Assembly: GCA_012513605.1 (NCBI GenBank)
Contig: JAAZBV010000011.1
Location: 80-64,079, forward strand
Reading direction: 5' to 3'
Source of the DNA: Desulfatiglans sp.
GTDB taxonomy: Bacteria > Desulfobacterota > DSM-4660 > Desulfatiglandales > HGW-15
DNA: 64,000 bases
Below, in pieces: positions 1 through 9,594 of the stretch. Under the pieces are notes generated by a model. The model worked only from the letters and a program-made list of their open reading frames with translations. It searched no databases and had not been told where the DNA came from. The stretch's first letter is position 1. Each line of letters starts with the position of its first letter. The position numbers and the translations under genes were made by a program.

Positions 1-1035
1 AGGCAGCACTTGCCCTGCGAGGTAATGTAAATGTTCAATACCATCTTCTCGTGTAAAAATGAACACACTCTGATCAACTGTGCCTCCACCTGCATCTGAA
101 AACAGATAAACACCAGGGCTTGAAACACGGGAGCGGATAAAACCTTGAACATTTGCACTTACTTCCGGATAAATAAAACATCCATTGTTGGATGAATTTT
201 TATTTTCTGATCTGTAATTTTTTATTAATGATACTAGTTTAGTAATATCCATATATGAAAGCCCTGATAGCTCGCCAGATAGTCCCCATGCCTCACAAAG
301 GACAATATTAAATAATCTACTGATCCTCCTGTCCTGAGCATTATCAACAGGAATTGCCATGTTGATAGCGATATAATCTTCTGGAAGCTCCCCAAATCCT
401 TTGAAACGTAACTTTATCTGGCTTTTTATTTCTCCAATTACTCCAGCTAAGTAGTAAACAGCACAAGTAGCTATAAAAGAAGGTAATTGATCTTTGTTTT
501 TCAATTTAATAGCATTCCTGTAAGTGAAAAGCTGCGGATTATCTATATCTCCATTAGCTGCCAATACCAACGCATTTTTTAAATGAAATAATCCGTTTAA
601 AGGATAATGACTTTTTGTATCTTCCGCATGAAAAATTTTATTTTCTTTAACAATAACCAGGCTAGGTATAAGGAATGGTCTTTCTTTATCTATTGACCTT
701 GAGTAATGATGGACCCAGGCCTTATTGGTCATGATATCCCTGCAAATACATTTTGTATAAGAAGTCCCAAAATCGAGCCCTATTTGTAAAAAATATGGAT
801 CTCTGCCTGTTTTTTTTACAGGTGTTACTTCTACTTTAGTCTCTTTTATAGGTGTATCAGAGCGTGTTTGTTCTACCAGAATTTTATCAATCTTTTTCTG
901 GTCACTTATCAGTTGGGCAGAAGCTTTTTCTTGGGGTTTATTTGAAGGTTTTAGCTGTTTTTTTTCACTTATATCCTGAGCTTTACCAAAAAGACTTTCT
1001 TTAATCGATTTTACAAAATTTGAAAAAATGCCCAT
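1..1035 (-). CDS. Hsp70/actin-fold (ASKHA) ATPase, N-terminal 345 codons only (runs off the left edge of the window)
   Basis: Absent from the supplied track because there is no stop in the window. My own reverse-complement translation starts at ATG (complement of 1033-1035, GGAG 8-9 nt upstream) and is open for all 345 codons to position 1 (MGIFSNFVKSIKE...). It has a Lys-rich N-terminus, then the phosphate-1 motif 'IGLDFGTSYTKC', 'YPEVSANVQGF' (cf. Hsp70 'NEPTAAALAY') and the phosphate-2 motif 'FSDAGGGTVDQS'. It starts 24 nt after the SNF2 stop. Confidence 0.8.
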   Translation of the reverse strand, partial: MGIFSNFVKSIKESLFGKAQDISEKKQLKPSNKPQEKASAQLISDQKKIDKILVEQTRSDTPIKETKVEVTPVKKTGRDPYFLQIGLDFGTSYTKCICRDIMTNKAWVHHYSRSIDKERPFLIPSLVIVKENKIFHAEDTKSHYPLNGLFHLKNALVLAANGDIDNPQLFTYRNAIKLKNKDQLPSFIATCAVYYLAGVIGEIKSQIKLRFKGFGELPEDYIAINMAIPVDNAQDRRISRLFNIVLCEAWGLSGELSGLSYMDITKLVSLIKNYRSENKNSSNNGCFIYPEVSANVQGFIRSRVSSPGVYLFSDAGGGTVDQSVFIFTREDGIEHLHYLAGQVLP

Positions 1036-1059
1036 TGGATATACTCCAAATCCGATATG

Positions 1060-4000
1060 CTAGTTCATTACTCTAAATATCCCCGCTGCTACCTGCGCCT
1101 GCTCTATATCAGTTTTTGCCTTTTCACTCAACTCAAGGAGCCTTTGTTCCTTATTTTTAATGCCTGTATTAAGTCGTCCTTCTGTCATCCTTATTATCCT
1201 TGGATCACGATTTGCTTCTCGCAATGTTTTTAAGCGTTGTTTATCTTGTTCAATACGACGATCAAAGATTCCTTTCACTCGTTGAACCTTAATCTGGTAT
1301 GAAGTATCATTCTCCGCCTCAAAGTCTACTACTGCATCATTAAAACGTAATTCCAAGTCATTTACCACCCTGTTATGGGCCTCAAGCAGTGCTTCGGTAT
1401 CACAATCAACATAATCCCAATCTTTTCCATCACGCAGAAGTTTTTGAATAATCTTTTCTGATACATCTTCCGGATAAATTGTCCCTCCGTATACTCTTGC
1501 AACACCATAAGCCAACATTTCCCGGTTTAATAGGCCTTTAAGCTTCCATCTTTCGATTCTGTAACAATAATCTCCAGGAGGTAAAAATGTGTCATTGATT
1601 TTCAGAGCAGCAACATCATAAAAATTATGCGCTCCTTCTGCGTTTATTTTTGTAATCCAACGTATTAGCGGCGAAAGGTGATTGATAAAATTAATAGACT
1701 TTTGCTGGCCAAAAGATAGTCTTTGAAGCACTTCGCGCCTAAAAGTAATATTAAACTCTTTTCTGCGTAAAGGGCGGGCAGTAAGAGATTTATCATCACC
1801 AATAAAGGCAGATAAGGATGACTGGGCCTCATTACTGAGTCTTACTCGAAGACATCCATCCACTGGAGTATTGTAATTTATTTCTGAACCTTGAAATTCG
1901 CGTTCGAAAAAATCACTTAAATAATCCTCCAGTTCACCAGGTTGAATATACCTTCCTTTTTCACGACCTTCTTCTATTTTTTGCTGTACATAGTCAGAAA
2001 GAGCGATAAGAGCGTCTCCCTCAGTCTCCAAAGCTTGAATCTGGAGTAAACGCTCTTCTATGACACGTTCAGACTGATCCATCAGTCTTTGCTCTTCCTC
2101 TATAGATAATTCCTTACTTAACAGGTCAACAGTAAGGCTTTGAACTTCATTACCAATAATTGCTTCAAGGTCACCAAGACTGTTAGCAAATTTTTCAAGT
2201 TTATAATGAAGCCGGTCATAAAGTCTTTCTTCAATAGTCCCACTGACTTTAAAATTTATAATAGAAAGCCGTTTTGCCTGTTGACCAACTCTATCAATAC
2301 GCCCTATTCTCTGCTCAACTCTCATTGGATTCCATGGTAAATCATAATTTGTCATTACACGACAGAATTGCAAATCAATACCTTCGCTTCCAACCTCTGA
2401 TGAAAGAAGAACACGCGGGCCTCTAGGGTCTTTAAAACGATCAATCTCCTCCCAACGCCGGTCATTTGGTATGCCACCGTGTATCACAGTAACTGTAATA
2501 CCATTTGCTATTAATCTGCGTTGCAAGTATGCAAGAGTTTGGCGATAATAGGCGAATATTATCACTTTTTCATCCGGGATATGCTCAGTAAGCATATTTC
2601 GGAGTTGACAATATTTACTGTCATTTTTTTCAAAATCATATTCAAGTAACCTAGAAAAAGATTCCTTATCTAATTCTTCATCAGTAATATTGTCATCAAA
2701 ATCATTTAATGTTTCTTCGCCCAGGGCCTCCGATAAAAGCTCTTCCGGATCACCTAGCCGACCATCGCGAATTTCTGCAGCGATGGCTGGCAAACAACTT
2801 GCAGCTCTAAGCTGTAACCCAATGACTCTAAATACATGAAAAAGTCTATTATCTTTGCGACATCGTGCGCGCACGAGTTGTAGAATAGTACAGTAGAGCT
2901 GCATTTCTTCTTTCGAGTACTCAACCTGAATAACTTTTGGGACGCGAATAGGTCTATTTTCTTTTACCTGGACCCTGCGAGTTCTATTAACATAGTTCCC
3001 TAAAAGATTTAATTTTTCAGCCAACTCCTGACACTTTGCAATTTTACTCTTATCTGCAGGGCTTATGCTCTCAAGGATTTCAAGGAATTGCTTAAAAAGT
3101 GGTGATTGTTTTATAAAAGGGCTTGAGCTCATACCCTCTACCGCTGTCATCAGAAGTTGAGTATCTACAGGAAATTTTGATAATGCATTTGACGCCTGCA
3201 CAGTAGGTCTATTCACTTCTAAAAGTTCTTCGAACATGCCCTGTGTTTCAAAAAAATCTTCATCTGTCAGACGTAGTAAGCTGTGCAAATCAACATTGCT
3301 ATTATTCACTGGAGTTGCGGACACACAAAGAACGCCTCCGGCAGTCTGTGCCAAACTTGATCCAAGATTAAATGTTGTTGTTGCCGGATTCCTCATATAA
3401 TGGGCTTCATCAAATATTACTAAATCAAATGGGTCAAAATCCAAATCCCAGTGTCGTATTTCTTGTAAAAAAGCTGTTTTTGATGAAACTTTGAGTTGTT
3501 CATCCTGTGGTTCCTTTAAGTATTGCAGTTCAGATTTAGGGGGCCTTATACCAGTATAAGCCGCAATCAAGGCAAAAGAGTGTCCCGGCCCCTCTGATTT
3601 AAGGTGTTTTATTTCCTGGCTCAACCCTGAAAAATTAACTACTCGTGCATCAATGAGAAACTTACTTCGTAATTCATCACACCACTTATCTGCCAGCAAC
3701 TTTGGACACACTACTAGCAGTCGTTTTGCCTGCCGCCTGGCCTGAAGTTCTATCCAAATGAGTGCAGCTTCAATTGTTTTTCCTAAACCTACTTCGTCAG
3801 CGATGATAAGCCGTTCGGTTGGTGAGTTTATAAATTTTAAAACAGGTTTGAACTGATAAGGGTAGAAATCTATCTGGGCTGCCTCCATTGAATATATTAC
3901 TTCATAAAGGACTCCTTTGAGTTTTTCATAGGTAATCAGTCTTTGAAGATCGCGGATCTTGCCAAAGTGTCCTTCCTTTAAACGATCTTCAATTGTACCT

Positions 4001-4200
4001 TTGGTATTTTTAATAAGCTTAAGGCAAGTAATGGGCCTGTAAACTGAGCCTCCTCCAGGAAAAATCAATTGGACCATAGTGTGAGGTCCAGCTTTACGAC
4101 AGTTTCCAGTATATTGTCCAGGCTGACCTGGATTGCTCTTATCTATAAGCCAATCACCAGGTTTAAAAGGTACAGTATTATTTGATGATTCGTTTTTCAT
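1060..4200 (-). CDS. SNF2/RAD54-family helicase-ATPase (1046 aa) with a small N-terminal domain and a ~350-aa coiled-coil-rich C-terminal extension
   Basis: Walker A 'ADEVGLGKTIEA', DEAH box 'VIFDEAHYMRN', C-terminal helicase motifs 'LLSSEVGSEGIDLQ' and 'YDLPWNPMRVEQRIGRIDRVGQ'. Long uninterrupted ORF. Confidence 0.92.
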   Translation of the reverse strand: MKNESSNNTVPFKPGDWLIDKSNPGQPGQYTGNCRKAGPHTMVQLIFPGGGSVYRPITCLKLIKNTKGTIEDRLKEGHFGKIRDLQRLITYEKLKGVLYEVIYSMEAAQIDFYPYQFKPVLKFINSPTERLIIADEVGLGKTIEAALIWIELQARRQAKRLLVVCPKLLADKWCDELRSKFLIDARVVNFSGLSQEIKHLKSEGPGHSFALIAAYTGIRPPKSELQYLKEPQDEQLKVSSKTAFLQEIRHWDLDFDPFDLVIFDEAHYMRNPATTTFNLGSSLAQTAGGVLCVSATPVNNSNVDLHSLLRLTDEDFFETQGMFEELLEVNRPTVQASNALSKFPVDTQLLMTAVEGMSSSPFIKQSPLFKQFLEILESISPADKSKIAKCQELAEKLNLLGNYVNRTRRVQVKENRPIRVPKVIQVEYSKEEMQLYCTILQLVRARCRKDNRLFHVFRVIGLQLRAASCLPAIAAEIRDGRLGDPEELLSEALGEETLNDFDDNITDEELDKESFSRLLEYDFEKNDSKYCQLRNMLTEHIPDEKVIIFAYYRQTLAYLQRRLIANGITVTVIHGGIPNDRRWEEIDRFKDPRGPRVLLSSEVGSEGIDLQFCRVMTNYDLPWNPMRVEQRIGRIDRVGQQAKRLSIINFKVSGTIEERLYDRLHYKLEKFANSLGDLEAIIGNEVQSLTVDLLSKELSIEEEQRLMDQSERVIEERLLQIQALETEGDALIALSDYVQQKIEEGREKGRYIQPGELEDYLSDFFEREFQGSEINYNTPVDGCLRVRLSNEAQSSLSAFIGDDKSLTARPLRRKEFNITFRREVLQRLSFGQQKSINFINHLSPLIRWITKINAEGAHNFYDVAALKINDTFLPPGDYCYRIERWKLKGLLNREMLAYGVARVYGGTIYPEDVSEKIIQKLLRDGKDWDYVDCDTEALLEAHNRVVNDLELRFNDAVVDFEAENDTSYQIKVQRVKGIFDRRIEQDKQRLKTLREANRDPRIIRMTEGRLNTGIKNKEQRLLELSEKAKTDIEQAQVAAGIFRVMN

Positions 4201-4216
4201 AATTATTTATTTTCCC

Positions 4217-4242
4217 ACTTTAAATTTCTATTAATTTAAAGT
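4217..4242. promoter_or_regulatory. Perfect 9-bp inverted repeat (actttaaat-N8-atttaaagt) in the 5' leader of the SNF2 gene
   Basis: Read directly. It lies 17 nt upstream of the SNF2 start codon, inside the 133-bp A+T-rich spacer separating it from the R-M genes. Function (operator or leader hairpin) not established. Confidence 0.25.
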
Positions 4243-4333
4243 TCCTGTATATTTAAGAATGTCCAAAGTTGGATTCTAAAAAGTTATATAGAAAAAATAA
4301 CCTTTAAATAAGCATATTTTATATATTCGGAAA

Positions 4334-5281
4334 TCAGTATGGTCCTAAAAATCTTTCCCCATTGAAATGGATTAAATGCGAAGGGGCTTCAGCTACCCAC
4401 ACCTCTGTTTCCCAGGCTATTTCATTCAAATATCTTGCCATAATTGAACGGTTTGGAAAGGCAGTTACGTAGACAAGACCATGCTTGGCGTTTTTAAATA
4501 GTTTAGCCAGTTCAGAATGTCGTTTCGCATCCATTGGCCCATGACTGGTGACTGATTCCACAAGCAAAAGCCAGTTACGCTTAGCATAATAAAGTACTAC
4601 GTCCGGCATTTTCCCGTGGGCATCAACCTCGATGCCAAGTTCAGTGAGTAAGGCAGCATCAAAATAACCCCATTTATCCCCTGTGTCTCCTGCATAAACA
4701 AGGATGCTGTCAGGCGCGAACCGAGGTCCGAAATCCTCAATAATTGCCTTGATTAGTTCGCTATGCTCTCCGGGGCTGAGTGTAATTTTCTTTCCTTTTT
4801 TAATCTGAACAGGAACACGGTTTTGTTCACGTTCGTTTGCATATCTTTTTGCAAGTGTCTCACGATGCGATAGAAATTCTACAAGGTTATCATGCCATTT
4901 TTTCGTTCCAAAACTGCGTAGCAACTTTAAAGTCTGTGGTTCAATTTGATAAACAGCCTTTGGGCTGTTTACAGGACGGTCCGGCGTATCTGGGTTATAT
5001 AATACAACCCCTGCATCAACAAATTGATGCATTGTCTGCCTTCGAACTGTTTCACGGCTATTTGGTGCATATGTCTTCTTATAATGCGCCTGCATCCAGT
5101 CCATTATTGGTGTTATACCCATAAGCGGATTTTCTGCCTCAGACCATTGTTTGTTCGGGGAAAGGTTGAGTAAGGCAAGCAGAGAAAGGGCAGAGCGTTC
5201 ATTCTGCTGAGCTTTTGGTAAGCCCAGAGATAGAAGTACATTTAATGCTTCGTCTATTCGTTTTTTGACTTTTTTATTCAT
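4334..5281 (-). CDS. Type II restriction endonuclease, BsuBI/PstI family (315 aa)
   Basis: Size and sequence resemble my recollection of the BsuBI/PstI family: 'QQNERSAL', 'GITPIMDW', 'YAPNSRETVRRQT', 'VESVTSHGPMD' and a C-terminal 'IHFNGERFLGPY'. The start codon overlaps the methylase stop (TAATG at 5279-5283). Confidence 0.75.
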   Translation of the reverse strand: MNKKVKKRIDEALNVLLSLGLPKAQQNERSALSLLALLNLSPNKQWSEAENPLMGITPIMDWMQAHYKKTYAPNSRETVRRQTMHQFVDAGVVLYNPDTPDRPVNSPKAVYQIEPQTLKLLRSFGTKKWHDNLVEFLSHRETLAKRYANEREQNRVPVQIKKGKKITLSPGEHSELIKAIIEDFGPRFAPDSILVYAGDTGDKWGYFDAALLTELGIEVDAHGKMPDVVLYYAKRNWLLLVESVTSHGPMDAKRHSELAKLFKNAKHGLVYVTAFPNRSIMARYLNEIAWETEVWVAEAPSHLIHFNGERFLGPY

Positions 5282-6777
5282 TATTCGAGATCCCTAAGTT
5301 TATTATCAATCTCATCCTGTGTCGGTATTCCCTGTTCAAGCATCCACTCACCCAATGAAATCAAGGCGTTTCGGCTGGGGTATTTTAGCGTCATCAGATC
5401 AGTTGCATTAACCTGGGTGTGACCATTGAACAGCCTGAATCTTTCATCAACTGATGCGCTGTTAAGATATCCGGCAAGGCCATAGGCCAGGGATTCAGGC
5501 AATCCCTTTTTTTCTTCATGAAATACATTTAAATGGTTTTCAAACCCAAGCATATTATATTCTTTGAACACATCGGAGCGAACAACCCCTGCGGTTACAC
5601 GTCGTTTCTCTTCTTTGGATGAAAACCTTCGCACAACACAATAAAAGCCATTGGGGTAGAGCCATTTTTCTGTCTCTTTGTTATGAACAATCGCATTTGG
5701 TTTTTTAAAATTGGCCTTTGGCCAGTTGATATTATAGCCATTAAAATGCCCCGGATAAAGGAGCGGGACAGTCCCCTTTTCAGGCATCTCTCTTAAATAA
5801 CTTTTCATCCGAAAATCCACCACCGGGCCGGTGGAAATACCTATATCTAACTCTTTAGGGCTATATCGGATAAAAGGATTAAGGTGCAGGATTTTCCTTT
5901 TTTGTGAGGTCGGGATATGAATAAAATGGTTAATATCATCAGGAGTAACAATATCATCAAATGGATATTCAAAGGTTTTTAAGCCAGAGAAGGTTGAGTC
6001 TGTGGAGGTTGTAATAATCACATCTTCCTGTTTTGCCCCACGCTCCATCATGATTATTACATTTTCCTGCAGTACATCATCATCCTTGAATGCCCTTGTC
6101 CTGGAACCAAACAAGTGTATGTGCTTGAACGCTGCATGATCGAGAAGGAACTTTCTGAAGGGAAGATAATATGGCCCATTGCAGAAACTCCTTGGTATGA
6201 TTGCGACTATCTGGCCGCCTTTTTCAAGCAAGGCAACAGCCAGCGCTACAAAGGCCGAATATAGATTGACTGTTTCAATCCCTGCTTTTCTTAGTGCTAT
6301 CCTGTGTTCGGAATTACTTCTGATTTTTTTATATGGCGGATTAAGGATTGCATGGGTATATGCTGGTAGTGCTTTGCTGAAAAGGTCTCCGCACAGTGAA
6401 TTGGCTGCTGTAATTATAAAATCATTTTCCCTTATATTTAAGACAATATTTCTATGTTTTTTATAGACTTCAAGTGATTCTGCTAAATAGGGTAACAATG
6501 ACTGATCGATCTCAAAGGCATCTATTTCAACATTCTTAAAATAAAAATCATCCGAAATATATCGTTCAAGAAATGCGGCTGAAAGCGACCCTATCCCTGC
6601 CCCTGCATCAAGAAGCCGGCAATTGTCAACAGATGTCCGGGTAAACATATTCGCCATAAAGCAGGCAATACTGGCAGGCGTGAAAAACTGGCCATACAGG
6701 GACTTTTTCTTTTGTTCTGTGGTTCTTGAGATGTTTAATCTTGATTTTTCAACTATTGATAGCAAAAAGGGCTCCAT
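5281..6777 (-). CDS. N6-adenine DNA methyltransferase, Eco57I/PstI-type gamma class (498 aa)
   Basis: 'GQFFTP' motif, AdoMet motif I 'LLDAGAGIGSLS', catalytic motif IV 'ILNPPYKKI'. Translationally coupled to the downstream endonuclease. Confidence 0.9.
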   Translation of the reverse strand: MEPFLLSIVEKSRLNISRTTEQKKKSLYGQFFTPASIACFMANMFTRTSVDNCRLLDAGAGIGSLSAAFLERYISDDFYFKNVEIDAFEIDQSLLPYLAESLEVYKKHRNIVLNIRENDFIITAANSLCGDLFSKALPAYTHAILNPPYKKIRSNSEHRIALRKAGIETVNLYSAFVALAVALLEKGGQIVAIIPRSFCNGPYYLPFRKFLLDHAAFKHIHLFGSRTRAFKDDDVLQENVIIMMERGAKQEDVIITTSTDSTFSGLKTFEYPFDDIVTPDDINHFIHIPTSQKRKILHLNPFIRYSPKELDIGISTGPVVDFRMKSYLREMPEKGTVPLLYPGHFNGYNINWPKANFKKPNAIVHNKETEKWLYPNGFYCVVRRFSSKEEKRRVTAGVVRSDVFKEYNMLGFENHLNVFHEEKKGLPESLAYGLAGYLNSASVDERFRLFNGHTQVNATDLMTLKYPSRNALISLGEWMLEQGIPTQDEIDNKLRDLE

Positions 6778-7467
6778 AAAATGGAATTGATATATTTTAG
6801 GTTAAGTAAAAACTATGTATCAGCTTTTACCCCATAACCTCTCTTTTTTCAATATCCTATATTACACAAATATGATTAACAATAGAATGATTTTATCTTG
6901 CTATATTTATTGGTTATTTGCGGCTTGATGAAATGGGTTTACTGCTAATGGATTGGAAAATTAAGGGAAAAATCATTTATCAGTGAACAATGATCAATGA
7001 TCAGTTATCAGATAGCAGAACCGAAAGCTTCATAAAATAAAAAATTGAATCTTGCACATAATAATGTGCATTTATCATCTTTTTATTAAATAGTAGAGCC
7101 TCCCAACAAAACCACTTCAAAGACCATAATGCAATTGAAAGCCTTGATATTAGTGCCTTCCAGCTTTTTAGCTCCCAAACAATAAACAAATATAATGATA
7201 TGGCATGATGTTTGTAGTTAGAAGCAGGCTGAAGGGGTTTCGGCTGAAGGCTGTTAGGAAAAGCAAACTGCCGCCGTCGCTGAAGGCTTCCACTTTCTTT
7301 AAAAAAACTATGGCGGAGAAAAATAAATTACCCTGAAAAAGGCATAATGCATAACATAAAGAAAATGGATTCTCCGATCCAGTCATCACTAAAGTTATGG
7401 TCTGGCAGGAGAGTTTGTAATTACAATCCTGGCTGGTTTCCATGGTGCCGCTTACTGCACTAATTAT

Positions 7468-8370
7468 TTATGTTATTATTCCTATCTCATTCAACAACTC
7501 AATCGCCGATGTATCCAGCTTACTAAAGGCAAACCATTTTTTCCCTAAATCCTTCAGTGATGCGCCAAAATGATATATCGTCTTATCATCAAGTATTAAA
7601 AACCGGTCATGGGCTTTATCGAAAGGCTTTAATGCTATCGGCGGATATTGTTCATTATGTTTCAGCACATCAAGTTCCAGCTTTCTTGATGGATTCCTTG
7701 TAAGGATGGTAAGTGGAATCCCCTTCTTTCGTTTCGTGAATAATACCAGAACAGTTTCATCTATATAGTTATCTATAAGGAGGATGGATTTTTTAGCTGA
7801 TTTAACAAGATCATTGATAAAGACATAGGCATCAAAAACCTGCCCATCAAAAAATATTCCCTGGCTTGGCTTAATTTCCTTGCTATCAATAACTTCCAGA
7901 ACCTGATTAAGTTTTTTATCCGTTTCAATCTGCTTAATTTCGAGATTGTCCAGGCGATGGAAAATCTGGGCATTGTTAATAATAAACCGTCGCATTGCTA
8001 TAAAGGCTTTGATAATACTGATACTTATCTTAATAGCTGCATCACTTTTCAAGACAGCAGAAAGCATTGCAACGCCCTGTTCAGTAAATGCATAAGGCGC
8101 TTTCCTGAGCCCCATTTTTTCTTTATTGGATATCACAATTTGTGATTTCCAATCATGAAATTCCTTTTCAGTTAAATGAAAACAAAATTCCTCTGGAAAT
8201 CTTACTATATTCCTTTTTACAGCCTGGTTTAATACTCTTGTCTCCACATCATAGAAAGCAGCTATATCCCGGTCAATAATTACAGGTTGATTGCGGATTA
8301 CTATTATCTTGCTCTGTATGATTGGTTCTAATGCAACATTGTTTTTCATAATATTTTTTCCTGAACACAT
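7468..8370 (-). CDS. ORF6N/KilA-N-type DNA-binding protein with a C-terminal HKD-like domain
   Basis: The N-terminus 'IRNQPVIIDRDIAAFYDVETRVLNQAVKRNIVRFPEEFCF...APYAFTEQGVAMLSAVL' is typical of the ORF6N domain. The C-terminus has 'HDRFLILDDKTIYHFGASLKDLG', resembling a degenerate PLD HxK motif. The true start may be the internal Met at 8349. Confidence 0.8.
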   Translation of the reverse strand: MCSGKNIMKNNVALEPIIQSKIIVIRNQPVIIDRDIAAFYDVETRVLNQAVKRNIVRFPEEFCFHLTEKEFHDWKSQIVISNKEKMGLRKAPYAFTEQGVAMLSAVLKSDAAIKISISIIKAFIAMRRFIINNAQIFHRLDNLEIKQIETDKKLNQVLEVIDSKEIKPSQGIFFDGQVFDAYVFINDLVKSAKKSILLIDNYIDETVLVLFTKRKKGIPLTILTRNPSRKLELDVLKHNEQYPPIALKPFDKAHDRFLILDDKTIYHFGASLKDLGKKWFAFSKLDTSAIELLNEIGIIT

Positions 8371-8388
8371 ATTTATTCTGAAAGTCCT

Positions 8389-8487
8389 GAGAACAATAAG
8401 TGTCTACACAGTTGACAGACCCTCATAAAAGAGTTCAAGTCAGCCTTTGACTCTTAGCACCTTCAATCCACCCTAGGCGGACAAGTA
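8389..8487. repeat. Copy 1 of a ~99-nt non-coding direct repeat (partner at 16328-16436)
   Basis: By-eye alignment: 'gaacaataagtg.cta.acagttgacagaccctcataaaaga.ttcaagtcagcctttgactctt.g.accttcaatccacc.taggcggacaagta'. Six substitutions between copies and stops in all frames. Confidence 0.85.
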
Positions 8488-8541
8488 TTATAAATGCAAA
8501 ACCGACCATAAATAAGTAAATAACGCCTATCTTGATTCAAT

Positions 8542-8620
8542 ATTCAAGATTCCCCGTACACACCCGGGATCTTCAACAAAATTACCTGTACACAACACGG
8601 GATCTTCGACAAGATTCAAA
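8542..8620. repeat. Two adjacent ~30-nt direct repeats (gtacaca.c.cgggatcttc.acaa.att)
   Basis: 8555-8583 'cgtacacacccgggatcttcaacaaaatt' versus 8587-8616 'tgtacacaacacgggatcttcgacaagatt', flanked by 'ttcaagatt'/'caagattcaaaatt'. Confidence 0.7.
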
Positions 8621-8988
8621 ATTGTTTTCAATGAACAATGATCAGTAAACAGTTATCAGTCATTTCAGTGGTTAATTAACAATGAACAGTTATCAAAGAA
8701 AAGCTTAAAACGAAAAACTCTGTGAGACGGTTATTTGTTGTACCTGAAATGATTGAATGGGTTAGGTTTAAGACTTTTTGGTAATAAATGCAAGATGAAA
8801 AAGACAGGGTTCAAGGATTCATCCGCCGTCGCCAAGGCTAAGGCGGGACAAGAGGGGTCGAGGGTTCAAGTGAAAAGACAAATATTTATCCCCTTGGTCG
8901 AAATGACAGGATAAAGGATTCAAGATTCAAAATTGAAAAAATCCAGAAGTCAGCCGGCTTCGTATATCTACGCCGTGCCAGGCAGAGA

Positions 8989-9261
8989 TTAATCGTCAAC
9001 CAATCTTTTAAACTTCATCTCTAAATTATACTCGTTACTCACAACAATTGTTTCAATTGCTTGAAGTCTTTTTTCAATTCTATATTTCGTGTAGTTATCC
9101 AGTTCATCCATTTGTACTTTTATTTTTTCTATTTCTTTCTCAGCACTCTTTTTTGAAGCGTTGACCTGAGAGCTATGCAGAGTTTTTTTTACAACATCCC
9201 CGGCAACAATGATGATTACGATTAAGATAGCAAAAGTCCAGAAATCCATTACCGTCTCCAT
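8989..9261 (-). CDS. Small N-terminally membrane-anchored coiled-coil protein (PspB-like organisation)
   Basis: One N-terminal TM segment (FWTFAILIVIIIVAG) followed by a charged helix. 'RLQAIETIV' loosely resembles PspB. Annotation is tentative. Confidence 0.5.
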   Translation of the reverse strand: METVMDFWTFAILIVIIIVAGDVVKKTLHSSQVNASKKSAEKEIEKIKVQMDELDNYTKYRIEKRLQAIETIVVSNEYNLEMKFKRLVDD

Positions 9262-9594
9262 ATATATTGAGTAAAAAGTAAAGGGGTCTGCCCTTGACTC
9301 TTTATGGCTTCAATAATCACAAAACAAAAACAACTTGATTCCAGCCTGCGCGGGAATGACGGATTGGGGACTTGATGCCCCGGTACCCCAAAAAGGCATC
9401 GCCCTGTTATATAATGACCGCGTCCCCCATTACGGGTTGAAAAGGGTAAAAATGACGAAAAAAATATTTTATTTGAAAAAACGTAAATGGATTAGGGGAT
9501 GCAGGTAAAAAGGTAAATCAAATATTTATTTTTACCATTTTATCTACATTATCCCCATCTACTAAGTTGTTGCCCCTTTTACATAATTCTCTGA

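Noticed and set aside
7001-7443. Small ORFs 7001..7189 and 7168..7443 in the gap between the methylase and the ORF6N gene.
   Set aside because: The region is made of intergenic repeat words ('gcaggctgaagg...', 'ccgccgtcgctgaaggc...', 'aacaatgatcag'). There is no RBS, and the peptides are repeat-derived.
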